Shown: positions 1-13,975 of the stretch, one piece after another
Layout of the letters: the number at the start of each line of letters is the position of its first letter
How positions within the stretch are numbered: position 1 is the stretch's first letter
NCBI RefSeq assembly: GCF_009834535.1
Contig: NC_045697.1
Coordinates: 100,814,001 to 100,878,000, forward strand
Direction: 5' to 3'
DNA length: 64,000 nucleotides
Origin: Camelus ferus
Lineage: Eukaryota
Notes under the pieces: model-generated
Databases searched by the model: none
Seen by the model: the letters and a program-made list of their open reading frames with translations, nothing else
What the model was told of the DNA's origin: nothing
Translations under genes and position numbers: made by a program

Positions 1-469
1 CTTAAACCACGTTTTTTACAGATGGGCGTCCCAGCTAGGATTTCTAATCTGGGTGACATTTCACGAAAGAATTGATCTAGGACACTTTCTTTACTTTTAA
101 GTAATAGACATTTTCCTTAATTTTTATTTTCCAATCTCTAAATTCAAATGACTTCCTTCCTAGAGGTAGACATGTCCTTAGTTGTACAGCGGCCAGGAGA
201 GTAGGTCAGGTCTTAGGTCACAGTGAGTTAAGCGCCTTTTAGTAATGAACCCCAATTCATGGGCAGAGAGAAAGTCTGTACAAAGTTGTTTAAATGGAAA
301 GTATCTGTGACTTTTTATTTTCTCACTAACGTATACTGTCTGAGGGACTAACTCACTTCCAAGGTTGCTCACGACTTCATGACTTCCAACACGTAAGGAA
401 GTTTGGGAGAAGGCTGTGGAGTAGTTGGGAACAAAACAGGTTGTGGACTCAGCCTTAGAGGCAAATCTC

Positions 470-600
470 ACATTTTTCTCTCAGTAGTATAATGACAACA
501 TCTACCTCCTACGATTATTTTGGGGATTGAATGAGATCATCACCAAAAGGCATGTAGCGCAACGCCTGGCATGTAGTAGGTAATCTGTACGTATTCACCA
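470..600 (+). mobile_element. MIR SINE fragment (core/3' part)
   Basis: Resembles MIR core and tail: 'ggattgaatgagatcat...gcctggcatgtagtagg'. Confidence 0.6.
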
Positions 601-774
601 TAAACAAAACCAGATTACTTATTCAAATTCCTTGAAAAAAAACACCTTCTAATTTTTCTGTATCATAAATTTGGATTTTCACAAATTTCCTTTTCTTTTG
701 GTTGCTGCTAAACCACATTATGATCACTAACCCTCTGGAGTGTGTAATTTTGCTGAAAGCCTCGGGTGATACAG

Positions 775-975
775 GCGTGGTTCAAAGAGCATCAGTTTGG
801 AGTCAGAAGTCCTGGTTTGAATTCTAGCCATGTGACTGACAGCAGACCGCTTCATGGTTCTGAGCTCTATTTCCTGACCTTACATTGTTGTTCTGAAAAT
901 TGAATGAGGTAAAGTGTAACAGAGTGGCTATCCCTGAGCCAGCATATAACAGATGCTCAGCAAATAATAATTGAT
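775..975 (+). mobile_element. MIR SINE
   Basis: 'gtggttcaaagagcatcagtttggagtcagaagtcctggtttgaattctagc...aaaattgaatgag...gatgctcagcaaata' follows MIR head, core and tail. Confidence 0.7.
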
Positions 976-1426
976 TCTCCCCATCTAAGGTATATACCTT
1001 GGGGGAGTGAGAAGTATGCTACGGATTTCTCTTTTTCCCTATGTAGCTCATTGATCAGCACACCCTTGGGGTCTACCTAATAATTAAGTATTTCCAGACT
1101 TCATGAATAAAATGTATTTCCAACTTTATTTGACTGTGTGACAAAAAGACCTGAGTATGTGAATCGGATTGTTTTCTAACTGAAATATCTGAAATGCTCT
1201 TCGGCACCTTACCACTCCTAGGATGCTATTTTCTGTGTTAATGATGTCCAAACAAATACAATGTTAAAAATAAATTGCAGGGAAGCACAGTGGAAAATAA
1301 AATTTACCAGGTGGAAGATCAAGAGGAATTAAATGCCAAAGCTCTATCTAGCCCATATGTCTGTAAAATTGATTTGACTTAATAAGTTTAATGCAAATAG
1401 AGTTGTATTGTTTGGGATGTGTGAAT

Positions 1427-1446
1427 ACACACACACACACACACAC
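1427..1446. repeat. (AC)n microsatellite
   Basis: About 10 AC units seen directly. Confidence 0.9.
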
Positions 1447-3420
1447 TTTTAACTGCATAAGCCCATCTTGCTGCTGTCCATTTAGAATCCTCATGAATAA
1501 ATAAATATAAATAGGTTGTTTTCAATTTTAAAGATGAACTTTTTATCTGGAATTTAAAACCGAGCATGAACCTAGCATATGAACAGACAGACTTTAAAGA
1601 ATATGGTAAATTGGGGCATGCCCAAAGGCAACTCATGATGGCTACATTCTTCTTGGTAAAAGAATTACCGTATCTCTTACCTCATCCTTCTTGATTAAAC
1701 CTGTTTGTTTGTTTGTTTGTTTTTATTCTTCCTGTAAATAATTTTGTTGCAACCACTACTAGATTTAGAACATGGAGCAGCTGGTAATCACACCAATTTT
1801 TCACTCTGAAGCTTTGCTGGGTGATTTAGTGTAAAATGTTTTAATCTGTTCTCCTAGCTAACCCTGTGTATATTTCAGGATTTAACTTCAGTACCCTCCA
1901 GCAAGCTTTCCTTTATCCTTTCTTCCTATTCAAGACCAGCAAAATGCCCTTCCCTTGTACTTTTAAATCACTCCTTATAATTCAAAAATTGTAGCTCTCT
2001 TGGCTATCTTATCCATTACATTGTGAAACCTTGTTTATTCTTCAGAACCATCCTCCACCCCAGTGCCCAGCACATACTGTGTGCTCAATAGATATTGGTT
2101 GACGTGAACTGTATCTATTCATGGTCCAGTTTGTGTAACTGAGTTTATTCCAAAGTGATCGACAAGTTTCCACTAGTCTGAGAAAAATGCTTCTTTATGT
2201 ACAACTTCCCGAAGGAAGCATTGGTATGAAGAAAACAAATTCTGATTTGTGTTGCAGTGGTGGGTTTCCAGCATCTCACTCTGATATTTGGGAGAGTGAG
2301 ACGTATACACAACTCATCAAAGTTGTAACATGTGACTTGCAATTGGATGAGTTCAGGGATGTGAGCTCTTCAGGCATGGGATGAGTTCCACTCTGTGTTT
2401 TTGGTTTTCTACTTTGCAAAATAAAAATGATGATTATTCCTTCCTACCTCACAGAAAGGACCAGGACACTTGCTCTGCCCAATTAGACAAATAAAAGATG
2501 GTTTCTAAACTGATTACAACTCATTCTCTCTGAGAGAGTTCTTTTACTTACCTGATGGTCCTAGTTATCAATAAGGTAAAACTGTAAAACAAAGGTAGAA
2601 ATAACCGATGATTTTAGAACTATGATTTGGGAATAACATATCAAAGATGGTTAAGAGGAAAGAAGAATGCTAGTAGCACAGGTGAAAATGCAATTCCTGG
2701 TTAGTAGAAGTCCAATATACAAAAGGATTTCATTCATTTAGAATAGCAGACATCTTAAGGACATTTGTGGTTATCTTGCAGAGCTAAAATAAGACGATGC
2801 ATTTCTATTCTTTTATTAGGACACTAAAAAATCAGAACACAATTTTACTTGCTCAAGATTGATAGATCACATCAATCAAAAATAGCATGCAAAAAAGAAT
2901 TCACAATGCAGCTAACAATGTCTTATCCACAAATGATACTCAAGATCCAAGGGCTTCAGGTCTTTTAAAATACTATACTTTTTCAAGAAAATAAATCATT
3001 TCTTTCCGTGTGTTTTGGATGGTCCATACTGACTCCATTTAAAAATGGAGGAAACTAAGCAAAAGAGATCAAACTTTTTCTGACACAGGAACACTAGTAA
3101 GCCAATAGGAGAGTTCACCTATTTTGTAGTTTTACTACTTTTATGTCTGATAGTCACTTCTCTAATATTTCTGTTTTAAAATTACACTCAGAACAAAGAG
3201 GAGTTAGAGCAAGAATAGATTCCATTTTTGATGGGCCATTATCTTTTCAGATAAAACGATACATGCATCATTTTAGGCAGATGGCTCTCTGTCCAAGACA
3301 AAACAAACAAACCAAAAATATAAAATACCCCAAATGAGGAAAAATATTCTATTAACCCCTACATAGAAAATAACTTTACAGAGAGATACAGTACAATAAG
3401 CAGTACCCAGCAGAAAAAGA

Positions 3421-3817
3421 TGTAGTAGTTTTAAAAACAATACAGTGGTCCCCAAATGGAATCACTTATGCTAAGCCCACCAAACAGAGTTTTAACTTAA
3501 TCACAGTTTTGCCTCCCCAAGAAATCTTGAAATCCTAGATCATCAATCAGGAATCCTCTGATCAGTCCTAATGAGGTCATCTGTCTGATAGAAACCTGCC
3601 ATCTCCTAAAGGAACCTCATCTTACTATAACCAGCCTACTTTTTGCCTAGAATAGCTTCCTTGTTCCTGCTCCCTTCTGTCTATAGGCCTTTCATTTTGT
3701 ACAGCTCCTCACAACATCTTTCTACCTGCTAGGCTGGCTACCGCCTGATTCATGAATCATTGAGAAAATCTAATAAGATCTTTAAAATTTACTCAATTAA
3801 ATTTTGTATTTTAATAG
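3421..3817 (+). mobile_element. ERV1-class solo LTR, MER34-like
   Basis: Begins TGT; 3' part 'cctgattcatgaatcattg...taagatctttaaaatttactcaattaaattttgt' resembles recalled MER34-family 3' ends. Confidence 0.55.
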
Positions 3818-5139
3818 TTGTAGTTGTTTTGTTGCCTTTATTCCATTTAAGAAGAAATATATTTTATTTGATACCTCAGCGCCAGCATAGCCTTCTCTGA
3901 TCAAAGGTCAGTTCAACTCATTAAGCAGTTATTGAATGCCTATAATGCATTAAAATTTATACAGAAGTCCACGCTGAGCTTTCTAGGTAGTTAAAATTGT
4001 ATCATGTAAGTAAGCAACCTCTGTTTGCTCATCTCACTGACTCTGGATTTAATGGAACAGCAGCAGGTGCTTTTTTAGCTTTCTTGATGATTTACTCCGT
4101 CATCTTCAAATCTTTTTTTCTGCACAATAGTGAAGCATATGTGAGCAAAATCAATCACACATTCCAGGCAAGTTTCTTCTTTTGTCTTCTTGAGAATTCA
4201 TTACACATCTTAATATATTTGAAAAGTCTTTTGGTAGTCTCTTACTGGTTTCTGGTTCCAAGGTATTAAAAGTCAGATAATGTGTTCACTTGCTTCCATT
4301 TGTCTAAGTGCTTTTTTTTCTCCCTTATCCAGAATATTTTCAGCATTTGGTCTAAGCTGATCTAAAGATTTTAAACTATTATATATGCAATGTCTGTGAA
4401 ATACGAATTAATTCATACAGAAAAGCTTTTTACAATCCTCTCAGCAGTACATGTTGGATGCTCGGATACTTTAAATGGAAAAAAAATCCATACTATAAAA
4501 GATATTAGTCTAGAAATAAATGTAAAGGCAAAAAAATGTGTATTTATCTTAAAACAGAATTAAAATCTAATTTCTACTGTCATCCCTCAGATATAGAACA
4601 AAATATTTAATATCTTTGCAGTTTTCCTCCTCAGAAACATATTCTAAGAAATAATAATTTCAATAAATGTCTCAAAATATTTTTATTTTATTTTATTTTT
4701 TTATGAGAAAAGTGAATTATTTTCATAAGCCATAATTTTACATCAAGAATTTTAAAATCATACTTAAACTGTCAGTTTTTCTCTCAGGTATTTTTATCTG
4801 GTCTCTTGCCTCAGCCTCTACCTAAAACTTTTCAAAATTATATTTACTAAGAAGATTTACTAAATGCAGAAACAATTCAAATAAATTTCTCATACACAAT
4901 ATTCTTAGGGGGTTCTGCCAATTTTTAAAAGATGAGTGATAAAATTGTGGTAGAAAAATCACTTAATCTATTATTCATTATCACATTGCACAGTTTTAAA
5001 CTATTAATTCTAACAAGAGTTATTTTTAAGGGAGATTTTAAGGAATTAATATAGTACCTCCTTTTTTCTGTCTATGTTCTGAACAGATTAGGAGGTAGAC
5101 AATAAGTAAGGCTGTCAGAGATGAAGACAAGCACTGAAT

Positions 5140-6540
5140 TTTTTCTAAATTTTTAGATAATTTTAGACTTACAGAAGAGTTGTTAAGTTAATACAGATTT
5201 CTTGAAAACTTCCACCTAGCTCCTCCTAATGGTAACATGTTACATAACCATTGATACAGTACTAGTGAAAAAAACAGAGACTTTATTTTGATTTCCCTGT
5301 TTCTGGTCCAGGATCCACCCGGAGTCCCAACTGTGTTTAGTTGTCCTGTATCCTTAGTCCCCTCCTCTGTCACAGTCCTCAGTGTTTCTTTGTAACTGAT
5401 GACTTTGGCAATTTTGAAAAGTACTGGTTAGTTTTTTTGTGACTGTTCCTTAATCTGGATCTATCTGAGTGTTTTTCATTGTAAGACTGAGTTTATGGAT
5501 GAGGGGAAATACCAGAGAGATGACTTGCCTTTCTAATTATTGCATCCTGACAGAAGGTACATGATATCAATATATTTCATTATTAGTGATGGTGAGAGTA
5601 ATTGATAATGGTGACTTTCTACAGTCCTTCCTTCTGTATCCATCAGTTGGAATTCTCTGTAAGGGTAAGTTGTCTCTTCTCCCTCATTTATGTATTGATG
5701 CAATAATTTATTTTTATCATGTGCTTATTTTATTCTGCAGTTTATCATCCAATACTATCATTATTTCTTTTGTGATTATAATCTTGGTTCCTTGGTTCTA
5801 ATTGTTCTAACTGTGGCCATTGGGGCTCATTCAAGTTGGCCCTTGTGTTTTTTTGATATGTTCCCATTGTGTTCTTTTTAAATTTTTGTTCTTTTTAAAA
5901 AATTTGATTATTTTGTCTTTACTTTCTGGTACCTCAAGATGATCCAGATTCATCTGCACTTTCTCTGCCCTTACCCTGGAATAAACCATTTATCCAAGTA
6001 ATCTTGGTTCCTTTTATTAGAAATTGGAATTTAGAAACCAGTATCCAGGTGCTAGGTGTTCTCATTGCTACTGGTGTGTGACTTCTTCTAGGTCCTTTTA
6101 ATGCATAGAGCAAAGAAATGTATGCATGCATACCTTTCTAAGTATATACATAAATCTATATTTCTGAATCCACCTATCTGTGTGTATACATACACGTGTA
6201 CATCTTCATACATGTATGTGTATACTTACATATAAACACGAATTTATACTGGTATCTCTGATTCTAATTTAGTACCACCGAGTTTACTTTCCTTATTTGT
6301 AACTATCTCCTCAGGGAGAAACTCGGCTCTCATCATCTATAAAATAATTATTTATTTGTTCAACTATAGTATAGCTGGAGGCTCAAAATTACTAACTTGT
6401 ACTCAAGTGAGAACAATTTATGAAATAGAATACAGTGTTTATTACAGTTCTTTTCCTCTTTAGCCTTACAGTATACAGTCAAAACACTGTTTTCGTCCCT
6501 CCTCCTTTTCTTGTGATTATGTCAGATATTTGTAATGTAG
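5140..6540 (-). mobile_element. Old L1 3' region fragments (L1MC-like)
   Basis: 'ttttagacttacagaagagttg...gttacataacca', 'ggtccaggatcca' and 'tagaaaccagtatccaggtgctaggtgttctcattgctactgg' are typical of antisense L1MC 3' UTRs. Confidence 0.6.
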
Positions 6541-6744
6541 ACATGAGGCATATAGGAATTAAAAAGCCGATGGCAGACATAAATTTGAACTGAATGAACG
6601 GAAAAATTCAACATATCAACTATGCACTATGTAATTCAAGCAATGGAGGGCAATTCATTGTATATTAATTTCTTATTTTAGAGAAGAAGAAATATCTGAA
6701 GTCAGCAATCTAAGCTGCTTCTTTAAGAAAATAAAGAATGAACA

Positions 6745-8215
6745 GTTTCTGGCTTTCCTGGATATACTGTGTTTTATTTTTGTGGATACCTTCATTTCAA
6801 TTTTCTCTTGGTCATTCGTCTTCAGCAGTTTGTATATAATGCACCTAGTTTTTTTCCTCCTCTTTATTGTATGAGTTTCTTTTGTGTATAGTTTTGTATT
6901 TGTCATTAATTCTGGCCAATTCTCTGCTATTGCTTTTTCAAATATTTCTTCTACCCTGTTCTCATTATCTTTTAAGGTTTCCTATTACACATATATTAGA
7001 ACTTTTGCTATTATTTCATACCTCTTGGAATCTCTGTTGTGTTCTTTATTTTGTTTTGTTTTTCTTCTACTCTTTTTCTCCTTGCCTTTCAGTTCAGGTA
7101 ATTTCTCATAATCTATCTTCAAGGTCATTGATTCTTTTTTGGGCTGTGTTGAGTCTACTGATAAGACTCAAGGACATTCTTCATATATTTTGATGTATTT
7201 TTAATATCCAACATTCCCATTTGATTCTCTTACATAGTTTTTTCTCTCACTCTAGGTTCCCATCTGATTTGCATATTGTGTATATTTTACACTGAGCCTA
7301 TCAGTCATAGTTAATTTAAATTACTTCTCTGAGACCTTTTACCTTGGTGTCATATGAGACTGGTTCTGAGTCCTCTGTACTTTGGAGATGTGTTTATTCT
7401 CGAATTTTGTATTTATTTATTAAATGCTGAGCATGCTTTTTAGGACAATAGATACTAAGGCTAATGTTTTTATGCATGGAGATGAGCATGCCTTTCCTTC
7501 TTCTAGGCCTCTTTTATGGGGATTTGTGCTAATCTAGTTCAGAATTAGGCTGGGTTCGAGTTTTGTTGTCACACTTATCATCTGTAACCCACAGGGCTTC
7601 AGGTTTCTTTAGTGATTCCTCGTGTTCAGGGGGAGAGCTGATTTGCTAGGGGTTATGTCCTCAGTGGTGCTTCACACTTGGCTGTGGGTCTCACCTCTGT
7701 ACTGCACTCCACAAAGGGTCTGCCATTTGCACCTCTTCTCTGTGTAGTCCACTTTTTGTTTTTACTTCAGGTTTCATAGCCTGGTGTTGGGGACAAGGGA
7801 ATGGGGGTGCTCTGTGATGATGGGATTAAGTCTCTTAGTTTTAAGCAGGACATGTGTCCCTGGGCCTCAGGTGTGTGACCTTTACAAGTGCTCCTGCCCC
7901 TCTTCCTGCTGTAGTATTGGGTCTGCCGTGTACTCCTAACCCTCCCTCAAGGCTAAAGCTTGCTTGCTTGCTTGCTTTTCCCTCTCTCTAGCCCTTGTGG
8001 GTTTCTACCAGTGCCAGTCTTTATTTCCCTTCCTTCCATTAATTAAAACCTTTGTTTTCTCTGAGAGTTAGTAGATATGGGTCTTAATGGAAGCTCAGCT
8101 GTGTGATAAGTTGAAGAAAAGTCATTAGTTTACAGTTCATGCAGTATTACCTTTGTTGTAAGGGTGAGAACAATATTCTTTTCAGCTGTGTATTTCTGGA
8201 CTGAAACTGTAAATC
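6745..8215 (-). mobile_element. Old L1 5'/ORF1 region, degenerate
   Basis: T-rich antisense L1 ORF1 pattern ('ttctctgctattgctttttcaaatatttcttct', 'ctgtgttgagtctactgataag'); explains the F/L/S-rich spurious ORFs at 6867-7193. Confidence 0.55.
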
Positions 8216-8243
8216 AATCTCAGCATTTTAAATGTAGTCATCA

Positions 8244-8518
8244 GACGAGAATTGGGTGAGTTCAGGGTGTTATGGCCAGGTGGAAGGATAAGTTGGGAAT
8301 TCAGAATTTGCAGATACAAACTACTATATATAAAAAGACGAACACCAAGGTCCTACCGTATAGCACGGGGAACCATATGCAATACCTTGTAGTGGTCCAT
8401 AATGAAAGAGAACATGAGGGGAATAACTGAATCACAATGTTATATGCCAGAAATTAATACAACACTGTAATCTGACTACACTTCAATAAAAATTTTAATA
8501 AACAAATACACAAGTGAA
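8244..8518 (+). mobile_element. 5'-truncated lineage-specific L1 3' end with target-site duplication
   Basis: L1 3'UTR ('tatagcacggggaaccatatgcaatacc...ctgtaatctgactacacttcaataaa') with A-rich tail, flanked by perfect direct repeat TAAATGTAGTCATCA at 8229-8243 and 8519-8533, preceded by a TTTT/AA endonuclease site. Confidence 0.85.
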
Positions 8519-9699
8519 TAAATGTAGTCATCAAGGGAATGTGGCCCAGGGATGCCATGGTACAAAGCCCACTGATGCTAAAACTCAGCATTAGGCAAAC
8601 TTACCCACCCAGGCCCCAGAAAACTGCTGGATTCCCCAACAGGGTCAGTAAACCTGTGTCACGTCCATGATTTCTACAGCTGGAAAATCCCAAAGTAAAG
8701 ATGAAGAGCGGAAGGTATAGTTATATATGCTGACTTTCTTTCCCAAATTTGTTAGCCAGATCCATTATCCTTCTTTCTGGGGTGGACTGAGTGTGGGAGT
8801 GAGATACACCAGGAATGTGGCTGTAATGGAAATGCCTCTATATCCACGGAGGAATAGAGGTACCCCCCTCACTCACAGTAATATTCTCCAGCTGCTGCTG
8901 TAGTGACCCATTCTATTCAACCAATACATCAGTGGTTAACTTGGAGGAGAAAACCAAAACTCTTCTAGAGTTATGTTTCTACCTTCCTAAAGCTACACCC
9001 CACAAAGTAGTCAAAGACCTTTTGTTGATACTTCTGGGATGGCTTTATCACCACCAGAGAGTTCTTCAGTGAGTCAAAAGAGAATACTAAATAACTCCAA
9101 GCTCTCTATATTTCACTCTCGATTTTATTTCCCAAATTAGATGCATCCATATTGCCCAAAATGGAATAAGATTTCAAAATAAGAATAAAGAACAATGTAA
9201 AAGGGAGCCAATATAAAATGACAACAAATAAAGATGCCCAAATTTATTTCCATTATTAAATTCTAGGGGAGATTTAAAATCTGCAAACTAAATCCTCTTG
9301 TAAGTTACAATGCTAAGATGTCAAAATCTAAAGGAATTTTAGAGTGAAAATTCCAAGTATCTTGTCCTTATGAATTACAAATCCAAGAGAATTTCAGACT
9401 TCACCAATTCATTCCATGTTCAGTCTCCGCCCGAGGGAGTTTTGCATCTGGGCAGAGTTGCAGTTTCTTCAGCAGCTATAGTCTAAGCTGCTGCTCTGGC
9501 ATGAACACAGTTCTCTCACAGCCCCAGAAGTTGTAGTTAATGGCAAATCTCTTAGATTCTTAATTTTAAAGCATCCAGAGTTAACAACAGATACATATAC
9601 AGTTGTCAGTGGCCTGTACTTGATGTAAAAAACAAGCTACTCCCTGCCTTTAAGTCAGAACTCAGTACTCAGTGTTACCAAAGACCATGCAGAAACTCA

Positions 9700-9795
9700 C
9701 CAGAAATTGACACATTGTAAACTGACTATACTTCAATTTAAAATATTAAATAGATACATAGATAGATAGATAAATAATCGACTTAGGAGGAAAAA
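9700..9795 (+). mobile_element. Extremely truncated L1 3' terminus with target-site duplication
   Basis: 'ccagaaattgacacattgtaaactgactatacttcaat' nearly matches the terminus of the 12908-13324 copy; flanked by AAAGACCAT(G/A)CAGAAACTCA at 9680-9699 and 9796-9815. Confidence 0.8.
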
Positions 9796-9999
9796 AAAGA
9801 CCATACAGAAACTCAAATGGCATTTAAAGAGGAAAAGACAGATGGTGAAAAATCTTGATTTTAGGCCATCCAGGCTATCTGGAGCTCATGATCTACAAAG
9901 GTGAACTCAATTAGCAGCATTCTTCTTTTAAAGAATAACTTTCAGAGCTAACTAGAGGCTGCCCAGTAGAGGGTGATTCTCTTTTGTTCTTTAGCTTTT

Positions 10000-12270
10000 T
10001 TTAAAATAAATAACATATTTTAGAAAAGTGTGCAGATCATAAGAAGGAAGTTTGATAGCTTATCCCAAAGTGAATACACCCATGGTATTACTACCTCAGG
10101 CGAGAAATAGACCATCACCGCCATGCCAGAAGTCAACCCTATGGCCCTTTTCAGGTACCTTTTGTTCCTCCTCCTCCAAGTAATGACTGTTCTAACTTCT
10201 GGCACTATAGATTCGTTTTTTTTTTCTTTATTTGAATGTATATAAGTTGAATCATTTATGATGTATTACTTTTGTGTCTTAGACTTCTTTCACACAAAAT
10301 TTTGTCTGCATTTTCAAAATTTTTATATGTAGCACTGGTTCATCTTTTTTCATTGTTGTATAGAATTTCATTAAATGAATATAACGAAATTTATCAATTC
10401 TATTATTGATGGTTTTCTAGATTATTTACTATTTTGGAATATTATGACTAATATTTCTGTAAGCATTCTTATAAATGTTTGGGAGCATGGATGTATGCAT
10501 TATGCATTTCTGTTGAGCCTACATCCCGACAGTGTATTTGACACCAGGACACATCATTTTTTAAATACATCTTCATCCAAACAAACAAAATCATTTTCAG
10601 TAATAATCAATAAAAATCAACAATTATTTTATTTACTCTCTAGCTTTAAAACTAGTAATTAATTTAAAAAACAATAAACTTCAATTTTAAAGATGTTTCT
10701 TAAACTAAAATATTGCCTACATGAACAAAAATTTGTACTTTCAAAACAGAAATATTACTTTAAAATTTCTTTTCATTGCCTCCAAATTTTACATTATTTG
10801 GGGGCATTATTTTCATATTTCTTTTCTTTTTATAAATGTAATCATATAGTATTTGGTCTTATTTTGTCTAGCTTTTTTCACTTAACATGATTATTTTAAG
10901 ATTCATCCCTGTCATTTGGTTCAGTAAAATCTTTTCAGTTTTGGCCATTCTAGTGGGCCTGTAGTGACATCTCACTGTGGTTTTTATTTGTATTTCTCTA
11001 GTGACTAATAATGTTGAGCATCTTTCCATGTGTTTACTTGCCATCCATGTATCTCCTTTGGTAAGACGTCTATTCAGATCTTTTGGTCATGATTTTTCAA
11101 ATTGAGTAGTTTGTTTTCTTATTGTTGAGTATTAAGAGTTACTTATATTTTTAGATACAAATCCTTCATTAGATATATGTTTTACTCATATTTTCCCCCA
11201 GTCCATGGCTGGGCTTTTCCTTCTCTTAATAATGTTAAATACACAGCAAAGCTTTCTAATCAATAAAGTTCAATTTATCAATTCTTTTACTTTTATGGTT
11301 TGTTCTTTTGATGTAATATGTAAGAACTCTTTGCCTAACCCAAAGTCAAAAATATTTTCCCCTATGTTTTTATCTAGAAGTTTTGTAGTATTATGTTTTA
11401 CATTTACATTTTGAGTTTACTGTTGTATAAGGTTTAAGGTACTCATGAAGATTTACTTTTTGCCTGTGAACATCCAATTGTTCCAACACCATTTGCTGGG
11501 TAAAAACCATCCTTGTATTAGTTGACTTAACTGTGTACCTTTGCAAATGATACTTTTATTGCATTTACATTGATTTCTAGAAATATTGAAATAAAATTAA
11601 TTTTTGTACATTGATCTTGTGTTCTGCAACCTCATTAAATTCATTCATTACTTCTAGTTTTTACGTAGATTCCACTGGATTGTTAATAGTTGGTCACGTT
11701 GTGTGCAAATAAAGTTTTACATCTTCTTTCATAATTTGTGTGATTTTTATTTATTTTTCTTGCTTTATTCACCTGGCTAGAACTGTCAGTAAAATTTTCA
11801 AAAATAGTGAGAGTAGACATTTTTGTCTTGTTCCTGATTGGAGAGGAAAATAATTCAGCCTTTTACCATTAAGTAAAATGTTCACTGTAGATTTTGTATA
11901 GATACTTTTTATCAGCTGAGGAATTTCCCTTGTATTCCTAGTTTTCCGATAGTTTTATTTCTTAGGAATGAATTTTGGACTCTGTCAAATGATACATGAG
12001 ATGATCATACAGTTTTCCTTTTCTAAATTAGTTAATATGATGCATTACACTGATTGATTTTCGAATGTTAAACCATGTTATTCCTGTGATAAATCCTACT
12101 AGTTAAATTTGATTTGCTAATATTTTGTTTAGAAAATTTTCATCACTTGATGAGTGATATTGATCAGCAGTCTTCTTTCTGTGTAATGTTGTTGTCCGGT
12201 TTTGACATCAAGATAATACTGGCCTCATGGAATGAGTTGGGAAATAGCCCCTCCTATTCAATTTTCCAAA
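10000..12270 (-). mobile_element. Old L1 (L1M/L1ME-type) 3'UTR and ORF2 fragments
   Basis: Antisense L1 ORF2 hallmarks: 'tgactaataatgttgagcatctttccatgtg', 'ccaattgttccaacaccatttg', 'tgcattacactgattgattttcgaatgttaaacca', 'ctggcctcatggaatgagttgggaa'. Confidence 0.8.
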
Positions 12271-12907
12271 AGAGAATGTCATATCTGTAGGTATACAAAC
12301 ATCAGAAAAGAAGACAGATAGTGGTTAAACTATGCATATCCAGCTGTGTCCTCGTTCACCAATCAAAAAAGTCACTGTCTGAATAACAATTTGTGCAATG
12401 TGTAATGAGAGACCACAAATATTTTCCTACAGGATGTTGCTCATTGAAAAACATGAGGCAAAGGTGAAAGGATGTTTAGCCCTCTATTTTATTTCCCTTT
12501 AAAAGCAAACCAATTCAAGTCCATACATCTCTTTAGGAGCAATTCAGGGACCTCTGAAAGGAAAACATATTTTGGAGGCAATGTCTGCTTCAGAAAATCC
12601 TTGCCTTCAGGTGAATTCACTTGTTCATGAAGCTAACAAGGGAAAGGCATAGAGAGAGTCATGCTGTCTTCAGTTTACATAGGGGAAAATGGAAAGTAGC
12701 AATGAACTGATTCACTCAGGGTTAATGGCAAATCCAGACACCATTAGACCTCTTGCCTCTCACTGTAGTGTTACAGTCATTTCCTGAGTCGTATTTATTT
12801 CAGTGAAATTGCTTTTCGCTGTTATCTTACTAGTTACTTTAGCATATAACTCCAAAATATAATGCAATTTTACAGTAAAATAATTCTTATCAAAAGCAGC
12901 CTGCTTT

Positions 12908-13324
12908 CGGGTGGATGTACCTGGAGATCTTCATTCTAAGTGACGTAAGTCAGAAAGAGAAAGAAAAATACCATGTGACATCACTCATATGTGGAATCTT
13001 AAAAAAGAAAAAACAAGACACTAATGAATTTATCTACAAAACAAAAATATATTCACAGACATAATAAAAAAATTTATGGTTACTTGGGGAGTAGGGGGGT
13101 GGGAAGGGATAAATTGGGAGTTCAAGATTCGCAAATATTAACTACTATATACAAAACAGATAAACATGTTTCTTCTGTATATAGCACAGGGAACTATATT
13201 CAATATCTTGTAGTAACCTATAATGAAACAGAATATGAAAACCAATATATGTATGTATATGTATGACTGACACATTATGCTGTACACCAGAAATTGATGC
13301 ATTGTAAACTGACTATACTTAAAA
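12908..13324 (+). mobile_element. 5'-truncated lineage-specific L1 3' end with target-site duplication
   Basis: ORF2 C-terminal end and 3'UTR ('ctggagatcttcattctaagtgacgtaagtcagaaagagaaagaaaaataccat...tatagcacagggaactatattcaatatcttgtagtaacc') with poly(A); TSD AAAAG(C/T)AG(C/G)CTGCTTT at 12892-12907 and 13325-13340. Confidence 0.85.
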
Positions 13325-13489
13325 AAAAGTAGGCTGCTTTTAATATAATCCATCTTCTTAATGTTAAATAAAGATCCTGAGGGTTTGCTCCCAGGCTTTT
13401 TTTTTTTTTTTTTAGTATTCTCACTCCCCAGATGAAGTGGATGTCCTTTTTATCCCATGCCTTTTCCTCTTGGGAGTCGATCATTTCCA

Positions 13490-13975
13490 ATGTCATAGAA
13501 TGTGGTGAAGCTGTCATTCAAAATGCCCACTTCACCTGCCACAGAGGTGGAGAGGGGCCCAAATGGGTCCCTCAGAATCTCCTCCCAGGATGCAGGGACT
13601 GAGGAGAGTCCTTTTGGGGACTGATGTGATTGCTGAGAGGGAAAGGATCTCTTTCTTCTTAGGAGACATAAGGTGAAAACACCGTGTAAGCCTGAACCGG
13701 CAGACTTTTTCTGGAAAATGATACTAAGGGGAAAGAACAGTCCAAAAAAAAAAAAAATCCACAAGACAGGGTAGAGAAAGAGATGAGAGAGAGAGAGAAG
13801 GGAGGGAGAAAAAGAGAGAGACAGGGAGAGAGAGACAGAATTGAAATAATCATTTAAAGATTTAAACATCAGATAACCAGATGAGCCTATAATTCAACTC
13901 CTGCTCTTTTCCAGTTTATGAGTCAAGAAATTGCTTTTTGTTTAAGCTAGTTAAGTTTTTTTTCTGTCACTTTCC
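13490..13975 (+). mobile_element. MaLR (MLT1-like) LTR with internal GA-rich tract
   Basis: 3' end 'ttttccagtttatgagtcaagaaattgctttttgtttaagctagtt...ttctgtcact' is typical of MLT1. Confidence 0.55.

Noticed and set aside
6673..7193. Hydrophobic or lysine-rich ORFs
   Set aside because: Compositional artefacts of a degenerate L1
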